Assembly (NCBI GenBank): GCA_025839675.1
Contig: CP104013.1
Location: forward strand, 5,040,001-5,072,000
Source: Candidatus Lokiarchaeum ossiferum
GTDB taxonomy: Archaea > Asgardarchaeota > Lokiarchaeia > Sigyniarchaeales > Promethearchaeaceae
Direction of reading: 5' to 3'
Length of the DNA stretch: 32,000 nt
Shown here piece by piece: positions 8,443 to 15,727 of this stretch. Numbering within the stretch: position 1 is the stretch's first letter; every line of letters begins with the position of its first letter. The notes under the pieces are model-generated. The model was not told the DNA's origin. It made no database searches and saw only the letters and a list, made by a program, of their open reading frames with translations. A program made the position numbers and the translations under genes.

Positions 8443-9798
8443 TTAAATAAATCGGGCCTTTAACTTCATTTTTTTAGTAATTTCTAAATTTGGACTTGGA
8501 AAAATTGAATTCCCTTCATAATCGAATATTTCCAAAATGATGCAAGATTTTTCTTTTTCAAAATCACTAACCGTAATCAAATCTTCATCTAAACTAGATG
8601 TGTCTATAAGTTTGCAATGGGGAATAGTATTTTTAAATTCTATGAAGGGAATTTGCAATTTTCCCTTTTGATGGGCGTCTTTAATTATTTGAATCATTTT
8701 TTTTGATGAATTTCCATCTCCGAACGGATTTTCATGAGGGATCATGGATTTATAAAAAACTTTATTGGTCCATAAATTTGTAGAAACTGATTTTAGTTTT
8801 TGCATATCCGTTCCTACCAAAATATTTGCTCCCACTTCTATTGATTCTGGTCTTTCGGTGTTTTCTCTTAAAGTAATGCATGGTTTTTTCAAGATGACTG
8901 CTTCTTCTTGTAATCCTCCTGAATCTGTTAAAATAAAACTTGACAAATTCATCAATTTTAACATATCAAAATAATTAACTGGTTCTATCATTCGTATGTT
9001 TTTAGAAGTCTGGATTTCTTCATATAAATTGAATTTTTTAATATTCTTAACCGTTCTGGGATGAGCTGGGAAAATATAAAGGATTTCTTTGTTTTGTAAT
9101 AAAGTTTCTATAATATTTTTTAGGTTTTCTCGATTATCAACATTAGATGGTCTATGCATTGTTAGAAGAACGAATTTCTTACCACTTTCAATTTCTAAAT
9201 TTTGGTCAATCTTTGATTTCTTGTTGGCAATTTCAATATTTTCATGTACAGCATCTACAATAGGGTTGCCTACTAAAAAAATCCGATTCGGGAGAATTCC
9301 ATTATCGATTAGATTATTTACCGAGAGCTGAGTAGGGGCAAAATTTAAAAGTGCACAACTTCCTGTCAATACTCTATTGATTTCTTCAGGCATTCGCATA
9401 TCAAATGATCTAATTCCTGCCTCAATATGGCCAAATGGAATATTATTTTTAAATGATGTTAGTGCAGCGGCGAGTACTGTATTTGTATCGCCTTGGGCGA
9501 GTATCAAATCTGGTACAATTCGGTAAATTATATCATTAAGTGAAATTAGCATTTTTCCTGTTTGAACAGAATTTGGAAGTGATCCAACTTCTATATTATA
9601 ATCTGGATTAGGTAAGTTAAGATCTCTTAAGAAAGATCCAAACATCAATTCATCATAATGCTGTCCACTATGAATGAAAGTTAATTGAATTTGTGGATCT
9701 TTTTTCATCAATTTCAGAAGAACACTCACTTTTATAAGTTCGGGGCGAGTTCCAGTTATTAAACAAATTTTTATTTTAGTCATTTTAGACACCATCAA
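8443..9798 (-). CDS. wecB: UDP-N-acetylglucosamine 2-epimerase (non-hydrolysing, WecB family) with ~73-aa C-terminal extension
   Basis: 451 aa. Contains ICLITGTRPELIK, HSGQHYD, AQGDTNT, HIEAGIRS, TDSGGLQEEA and NPFGDGNSSKKMIQII. This last motif sits at the usual C-terminal end of the family, near residue 378. Confidence 0.85.
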   Translation of the reverse strand: MMVSKMTKIKICLITGTRPELIKVSVLLKLMKKDPQIQLTFIHSGQHYDELMFGSFLRDLNLPNPDYNIEVGSLPNSVQTGKMLISLNDIIYRIVPDLILAQGDTNTVLAAALTSFKNNIPFGHIEAGIRSFDMRMPEEINRVLTGSCALLNFAPTQLSVNNLIDNGILPNRIFLVGNPIVDAVHENIEIANKKSKIDQNLEIESGKKFVLLTMHRPSNVDNRENLKNIIETLLQNKEILYIFPAHPRTVKNIKKFNLYEEIQTSKNIRMIEPVNYFDMLKLMNLSSFILTDSGGLQEEAVILKKPCITLRENTERPESIEVGANILVGTDMQKLKSVSTNLWTNKVFYKSMIPHENPFGDGNSSKKMIQIIKDAHQKGKLQIPFIEFKNTIPHCKLIDTSSLDEDLITVSDFEKEKSCIILEIFDYEGNSIFPSPNLEITKKMKLKARFI

Positions 9799-9873
9799 TC
9801 AAATTTTAATATCCCCCAGTAATATTAAATTTTAAAAAGAATTTATGATATCTACATTTAATTAAATCTACCC

Positions 9874-9881
9874 TTTATATA
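9874..9881 (+). promoter_or_regulatory. TATA-box-like element (cCTTTATATAAc) upstream of the GT4 gene
   Basis: TTTATATA lies about 75 nt upstream of the ATG at 9952, and the same CTTTATATAA decamer recurs at 11174-11183. Such motifs are frequent by chance in AT-rich DNA. Confidence 0.25.
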
Positions 9882-9951
9882 ACAACCATTTTTTGATCAA
9901 ATTGTTATTTTTGAGATTACAAATCTTAAATTTCATCAAAAATTATGAGAG

Positions 9952-11130
9952 ATGAAGATGCGTTTTTTAATTATTCAAGAAACAGATTGGGAATTACGAG
10001 GTCCTCATCAACAACATCATTTAATGGAAAGACTTTCTGTAGAATCAAATGAAATAAAAGTTATTGATTATGAGTTTTTATGGCATCAGAAAAACAGAAG
10101 AAAGTATTTACAAAGGAAAAAAAGGTTTTTTAGTTCGCCCAAGATAATTAGAAATGCGAGAATTCAAGTCATTCGACCTGCATCATTAAGAATTCCAATT
10201 TTATGCTATATTTCAATACCCATTTTTCATTTTCCTGTAATATTCCGCGAAATTTTGAGATTTAAACCTAATTACATTATTGGTTTTGGGATATATACTT
10301 CTTTTATTGGAATGTTAATTGCAAAAATGTTTAAAATTCCTTTTTATTATTATATTATTGACCATTTGCATACTTTAGTCCCAATTAATTTATTTAAACC
10401 AATTTCTAAAGTAGTAGAATCAATCAATATTAAAATGGCAGATAAAATATTTGCGATAAATCAAGGTTTAATTGATTATTCTTTAGAACTTGGGGGTTCT
10501 GTGGATAAATGTTCACTAATACCTGGTGGTGTTGATTTAAAAAGATATTTACCCAACCAATTAGTTCGGGAACAAATTCGTGAAAAATTATGTATTAGCG
10601 AAACTGATATTATTATATTTTTTATGGGTTGGATCTATGATTTTTCTGGGATGAAGGAAATTACCGATTTTCTTCTAAAAAATCAAGATACTCATCAGAA
10701 TTATAAATTGCTTATTGTTGGGGATGGAGATTTATTTTCATATATTAAACAAAAGAAAAAGGAATTACACAAGAAAAATCAAATAATTCTGACTGGTAAA
10801 ATACCTTTTCAATCAATCCCTGAATATTTACAGGCTGCAGATTTTTGTGTTTTACCAGCTTATAAAAATAAAATCATGAATAATATAGTTCCAATAAAAC
10901 TCTATGAATATATTGCTTCTGGCAATCCAGTTATAGCCACCAAATTATTAGGAGTCTATAAAGAGTTCAAAAATAATAACGGAATTATTTATATCAATGA
11001 ACCAGAGGAAACTTTTGATATCATAAAAAATTATGATCAAAAATATAAGAATACAGTTAAAGAAGGGCAAAGGTTTGTAAAAGATTATGACTGGGATGCT
11101 ATAGTTTCAAATTTTAAAAAAGCCTTATAA
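9952..11130 (+). CDS. Glycosyltransferase family 4 / group 1 (GT-B fold)
   Basis: 392 aa. The C-terminal half reads IIFFMGWIYDFSGMKEI ... LLIVGDGD ... KLYEYIASGNPVIAT, which is the E-x7-E-type region of retaining GT-B enzymes. Confidence 0.7.
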   Translation: MKMRFLIIQETDWELRGPHQQHHLMERLSVESNEIKVIDYEFLWHQKNRRKYLQRKKRFFSSPKIIRNARIQVIRPASLRIPILCYISIPIFHFPVIFREILRFKPNYIIGFGIYTSFIGMLIAKMFKIPFYYYIIDHLHTLVPINLFKPISKVVESINIKMADKIFAINQGLIDYSLELGGSVDKCSLIPGGVDLKRYLPNQLVREQIREKLCISETDIIIFFMGWIYDFSGMKEITDFLLKNQDTHQNYKLLIVGDGDLFSYIKQKKKELHKKNQIILTGKIPFQSIPEYLQAADFCVLPAYKNKIMNNIVPIKLYEYIASGNPVIATKLLGVYKEFKNNNGIIYINEPEETFDIIKNYDQKYKNTVKEGQRFVKDYDWDAIVSNFKKAL

Positions 11131-11174
11131 TTTTAGTATTCATACAAATTTTTATATTATTTAATAAACTATTC

Positions 11175-11182
11175 TTTATATA
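11175..11182 (+). promoter_or_regulatory. TATA-box-like element (tCTTTATATAAa) upstream of the tandem GT2 gene
   Basis: TTTATATA lies about 100 nt upstream of the IIPAYNE-coding segment and has the same decamer core as the element at 9873-9882. Confidence 0.25.
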
Positions 11183-11353
11183 AAGGTAGGGATAACCATT
11201 ACATTACAATCAACAATCATTGCACGAGAGTCCATTTCAGATTACACAATTTCTCATGGAAAACGACCAAATAGTGCAAATATTCATGTAATTATTCCTG
11301 CTTATAATGAATCGAAAGCAATTATCAATATAATCCGTCGTATTCAACATGTT

Positions 11354-12847
11354 ATGGATCCTTTATATAATTATTGTATTTCCGTGATTGATGACGGCAG
11401 TTCTGATGGTACTTATAACATTTTAAAGAATTCCAAGTTAAAAATTGAAGTAATCCAGAATTCCGAAAATTTAGGTAAAGGCAAAACTCTTCTGAAAGGA
11501 TTTCAACTCGCAAACAAAAATGAAATCGTATTGGTGATTGATGGGGATGGAGAACATCCACCTGAAGATATTCCAAAATTGCTGCAACCAATTTTAGAGA
11601 AGAAAGCAGAGGTGGTCATAGGTTCAAGATTTTTACGATTAAATCAAGGGAGCAAATTAAAAGGCTCTTATTTAAAAAATCGTAAACAGTTCAGCTATTT
11701 TAGAAAATTGGGTAATAATTTTATTTCTCTGTTAATTTTTCTTTTTCATCGAAAGTATATTTCGGATTCACAATGCGGTTTTCGAGCATTTGCCCCTGGT
11801 GTGGCTTCTCTTTATAATCCCAGTTATTCTGGTTTTGAAGTTGAAACCGAAATGACGATTTTCTATATAAAAGAAGGTGTTAAATTACTCGAAATTCCGA
11901 TGGATACCGGTCTAAGTACTCGAGAATCTCACATGAGTATTGTAAAAGATAGCTTCAAAATTTTGTTAGTTATTTTAGACATGTTAGCAGAACGTGGGTA
12001 TTCTCAATTTCTTCATCGTTTATTTCCAAAATTCTTTCAAAATAATCTAAAAACTCAAAAATTGGAACACATGCAGGGGATTATTGAAAAACGAAAAAAG
12101 AATCATTTGCACGATATCCTGACAACAAGTATGCAATATAAAGTATCTTTTATAATTCCATGCTATAACGAATCAAGGACTTTACTTCAAGTTGTCCGGA
12201 AAATTCATGCAATCAAATTGTACAATTATGAAATAATTATTGTTGACGACGGCTCAAATGATAATCCGATTAGTCTGTTTAACAAAAATGATCTGAAAAA
12301 TGTGAAGAATTATTTCCATGTGGAGAATCTCGGTTATGGCAAAACGGTGCTAGACGGGATAAGCAAATGTGCCGGTGATTTTATATGTACAATTGACTCC
12401 GATGGTCAACATGATCCTAATGATATATTCGATTTAATTTATCCAATTTATAATAAAAAAGCTGATATTGTTGTTGGTTCACGGTATTCTGGTAGATATT
12501 ATTATCAAGTTCCACTTTTAAATCGAATTGGGGAATCCTTTATTGAAATAACTCTTAAATTTCTGTTCGGCCAAGCGATTAAAAACAATCAGGCGGGATT
12601 TAGAGTTTTTGATAAAAAAACAATCGGTCTTTTCAAAGGTATAAAATTTTTTGATATGGCGTTCACTACGGAAATTCTCATGAATGCGATTGTGAAAAAT
12701 TACAAAATAGTTGAAGAACCTATCCATCTTTATGATAGATCCATTGGAAATTCAAGGGTTAAAAAAATTCCTCTCTTAATGGATGTTTTACACTCGACCA
12801 TTTATTACTTTCCCAAATTTTTAATGAGAAAGTTTGATTTACTTTAA
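11354..12847 (+). CDS. Tandem double GT2 protein; both halves are DPM1/GtrB/ArnC-like polyprenyl-phosphate sugar synthase domains. The true N-terminus is unresolved (see findings)
   Basis: Domain 1 motifs: VIDDGSSDGT, VIDGDGEHPPEDIPKLL and GSRF. Domain 2 motifs: FIIPCYNES, IIIVDDGSNDN, DSDGQHDPNDI and GSRYSG. The conserved IHVIIPAYNES of domain 1 is encoded upstream of the first ATG, in the same open frame starting at 11168. Confidence 0.8.
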   Translation: MDPLYNYCISVIDDGSSDGTYNILKNSKLKIEVIQNSENLGKGKTLLKGFQLANKNEIVLVIDGDGEHPPEDIPKLLQPILEKKAEVVIGSRFLRLNQGSKLKGSYLKNRKQFSYFRKLGNNFISLLIFLFHRKYISDSQCGFRAFAPGVASLYNPSYSGFEVETEMTIFYIKEGVKLLEIPMDTGLSTRESHMSIVKDSFKILLVILDMLAERGYSQFLHRLFPKFFQNNLKTQKLEHMQGIIEKRKKNHLHDILTTSMQYKVSFIIPCYNESRTLLQVVRKIHAIKLYNYEIIIVDDGSNDNPISLFNKNDLKNVKNYFHVENLGYGKTVLDGISKCAGDFICTIDSDGQHDPNDIFDLIYPIYNKKADIVVGSRYSGRYYYQVPLLNRIGESFIEITLKFLFGQAIKNNQAGFRVFDKKTIGLFKGIKFFDMAFTTEILMNAIVKNYKIVEEPIHLYDRSIGNSRVKKIPLLMDVLHSTIYYFPKFLMRKFDLL

Positions 12848-13106
12848 CAATCATTAAAGCGAAACTTTTTGAAATAAATTTCGAACTTGATTAAACTTTA
12901 ATTGTATCGTTATTTTTGACTTAATTTTAATGATCAAATTATTAACAAAATTTCAAGTATTCCAAAAATAGGCAGATAAATCAAATTTCCAGATATTTTC
13001 ATAGTTTGATCATAAAAGATTTCAGAATACCCTGTGGTGCTTTATAAAACACCCAAAATTGATTGGAAATCAAAGAAACTAAAAATTAAAAATATCATAA
13101 AATTTT

Positions 13107-13925
13107 TTAAGATTTTTTGATGATTGGATATTTTTTTTTGTGATACTCAAGAATGTAATATAGAAATGAATGAAGAAGTGTCATAAACAGAGGTATTTTT
13201 TTTACTCGAGATTTTCCCTCTATTCTGCCAAATAAATGAATAGGCAAGGATTTTATCCGAAGTTTTTGCATTTTTGCCTTCATAATTAATTCAGTTGTAA
13301 AAGCCATACCATGAAACTTTATATCTTCAAATATAGAGAGCGAATTTCGGTGAAAAACACGAAATCCGCCTTGATTATTTTGTATTGACTCATTAAAAAA
13401 AATTTTTATTATAATCTCGATAAAAGCTTCACCAATTCTATTCATGAAAGGTAGGGAATAACAATATTTGCCTTGATATCGAGATCCGATCACAAAATCT
13501 GCGGATCCATCAATAACCGGCTTACATAATTGGGGTATATCTCTTGGATCGTGTTGTCCATCAGAATCCAAGGTAATAATAATATCTCCTGTTGAAAGAA
13601 AAATCCCATCCAGTAACGTCTTTCCGTATCCTTGATTACTTTTGTGCTTAAAGATGAATACATTGTCGAGATTTTTCAGTAATTCGGGTGATTGGTCTGT
13701 TGATGCATCATCAACAACGATTATTTCATAATTTTCCAATGAAAGAGAATTGATTTTTCGTATAACTGATAATACCGTTTTTGCTTCATTAAAACAAGGA
13801 AGAATAATTGAGATTCTATTGCTTTTTTTGCTCTGAGAAAATTTATATAAACCATAATTACTTTGAAAATTATTTTGATAGTGACTTAAAGTATCATTAA
13901 TTATCATAGATTCGGATGAAGCCAT
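13107..13925 (-). CDS. GT2, DPM1/GtrB/ArnC-like polyprenyl-phosphate sugar synthase (single-domain paralog of 11354..12847 domain 2)
   Basis: 272 aa. Contains IILPCFNEA, IIVVDDASTDQS, GYGKTLLDG, DSDGQHDPRDIPQL, GSRYQG, NNQGGFRVF and AFTTELIMKA, and is colinear with domain 2 of the tandem protein. Confidence 0.8.
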   Translation of the reverse strand: MASSESMIINDTLSHYQNNFQSNYGLYKFSQSKKSNRISIILPCFNEAKTVLSVIRKINSLSLENYEIIVVDDASTDQSPELLKNLDNVFIFKHKSNQGYGKTLLDGIFLSTGDIIITLDSDGQHDPRDIPQLCKPVIDGSADFVIGSRYQGKYCYSLPFMNRIGEAFIEIIIKIFFNESIQNNQGGFRVFHRNSLSIFEDIKFHGMAFTTELIMKAKMQKLRIKSLPIHLFGRIEGKSRVKKIPLFMTLLHSFLYYILEYHKKKYPIIKKS

Positions 13926-14261
13926 AATTTTTTCTCTTAGATCGGTAATTATTTACTTCATTTATATTTTCCCGTCTTTCACAAGAAAATGATGAATTAT
14001 TAAAAATTCAGAAGTATTTTAATAATAAAAGAAAATGATCACTTAAAAATTAGATCTCTTTGAACTTCACTTTGTTATATTAATTAGGTTCTAATGGGGA
14101 ATTCTCGCATGACTAGTTCTACTGGTTAAATAAATTAGAATAATCATGCTGGTCTTTCTATTTTTATTTCAATGATTTCAATTTGGAAAATATAAAATAA
14201 AAGGTCAAACGAAGAAAATTTATCAACAAGTTATTCTGAAATAAAATGAAAAAAAGATAAT

Positions 14262-15626
14262 TTAAAGTTTTTGAAGTTTTCTTCCTACTCCGCAATAAAT
14301 AGTATCCTTTGGGAGTTTATTGCAGTCATAGATATTCCTACTGTCAACGATTACAAATTCTCCATTGGTTTGGTTCTTCAAAGAGTCAAAATTCAGATTG
14401 AAGAACTCTTTATGATCAGTTAAAATAACTACACAATCTGAATTCTCAAATGAATCACTTAAATTATCGGAAACCGTAAAATTGCCTATTTTTTCGCTTT
14501 TATAATATGGGTCCCATACTTGGATTCTAGCTTCTTTCATCTGAAGATATTCGATTACTTTCATGGCTGGAGATATTTGAATGTCCCGCACATTGGCTTT
14601 GTATGAAACACCTAAAACAGTGATCGTAGAATTCTTCAAACTCTTTCCCACATAGTTTAAGGCATTAATAATTAATTCCAAAACATTTTGGGGCATCCGA
14701 TCATTAATTTCTCTTGAAACTCGAATTAAAAACGGGATATAATCCACTTTTTCTGCGTCTTGAATTATATAATAGGAATTCGCTGGAAGACATGGCCCTC
14801 CTACGCCCGGGCCAGGATAGTGTGGTTGAAAATTATATTTTGTGGAGGAACCTTCAATTACTTCCTTGACATCAATTCCTAATCGTTCATATAATACTGC
14901 AAATTCATTCATCAAGGCAATGTTGACATCTCTGAAGATATTTTCCGTCAATTTTACTGCATTTGCGGTTCCTGGTGTGCTTACTTGATATATTTGTGCC
15001 AGTGAGATTTGTTGGTACAACTTCACAATGGTTTTTCCAATTTCATCGGAACTACCACCGACAATTCGTGCAACTTTATTCCAATTCTCTACTATTTTTC
15101 CAGGGTCAGCCCTTTCTGGACAAGAACATATGCCAAAATCATCATTAACTTTTAGATGACTTTCATGTTCTATTATTGGAGTTATAATTGTCTCAATTGT
15201 AGTTGGGCTTACCGAACTTTCATTAATGATAATTTTGTTCGGGGAAAGAAATTTTCCAATTTTTTGGGCAACATCTTTGATCGCTACATAGTTTGGAACC
15301 TTATTTATGCTTACAGGAGTTGGAACACATATCACAATTACATCCGAATTTTTGATAGCAAATTCGAAATTATCGGAAAAAGTGATTTTCTTCGAATCGA
15401 CCATATCATTCAAAATTTCCGGTAATCCCGGTTCATCAATGAATGTCTTTTTTAATTTCAAATCTTCGATTAATTCGAGATTGATATCAATACCATTTAC
15501 TTGGTAACCTCCCTTGGCATACATTAAAGCGGTAGGTAATCCAATCCTTCCCAATCCAAATACTGCTACTGTGAGTTTCTTTGACTCTATTATATCTTCC
15601 AAATATTCTATATTCATTTTAATCAA
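14262..15626 (-). CDS. UDP-sugar 6-dehydrogenase family (UDP-ManNAc dehydrogenase WecC-like or UDP-glucose dehydrogenase)
   Basis: 454 aa. N-terminal Rossmann motif VAVFGLGRIGLPTALMYAKGGYQVNGIDIN and catalytic-Cys region GPGVGGPCLP. A wecB gene in the same locus favours UDP-ManNAcA synthesis, but that is an inference. Confidence 0.8.
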   Translation of the reverse strand: MIKMNIEYLEDIIESKKLTVAVFGLGRIGLPTALMYAKGGYQVNGIDINLELIEDLKLKKTFIDEPGLPEILNDMVDSKKITFSDNFEFAIKNSDVIVICVPTPVSINKVPNYVAIKDVAQKIGKFLSPNKIIINESSVSPTTIETIITPIIEHESHLKVNDDFGICSCPERADPGKIVENWNKVARIVGGSSDEIGKTIVKLYQQISLAQIYQVSTPGTANAVKLTENIFRDVNIALMNEFAVLYERLGIDVKEVIEGSSTKYNFQPHYPGPGVGGPCLPANSYYIIQDAEKVDYIPFLIRVSREINDRMPQNVLELIINALNYVGKSLKNSTITVLGVSYKANVRDIQISPAMKVIEYLQMKEARIQVWDPYYKSEKIGNFTVSDNLSDSFENSDCVVILTDHKEFFNLNFDSLKNQTNGEFVIVDSRNIYDCNKLPKDTIYCGVGRKLQKL

Positions 15627-15727
15627 TTCTTACAACAAAGATGTTATGGTGTACAGAAATTATGCATAATAAATAAAGAAAATGATTTACTTGAAATAAA
15701 ATGCAAGAAAGATATATTGGAATTGAC

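Noticed and set aside
8435-8445. The convergent SDR and wecB stop codons, only 5 nt apart, as a special bidirectional terminator.
   Set aside because: I could not identify a hairpin or oligo-T tract specific to this junction. Tight convergent spacing alone is not evidence of a distinct element.
11256-11291. Programmed -1 ribosomal frameshifting as the explanation for the out-of-frame ATG upstream of the tandem GT2.
   Set aside because: There is no X-XXY-YYZ slippery heptamer in the 0-frame between 11256 and 11291, and I see no obvious downstream stimulatory hairpin. A simple indel (real or assembly-derived) or non-canonical initiation is more parsimonious.
12131-13925. The inverted GT2 paralogs flanking a 260-bp spacer as terminal inverted repeats of a mobile element or an invertible DNA switch.
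   Set aside because: The similarity is at protein level with many synonymous differences (24/30 identity even in the best-conserved 30-mer). There is no transposase or recombinase, and I saw no short perfect inverted repeats at the boundaries.
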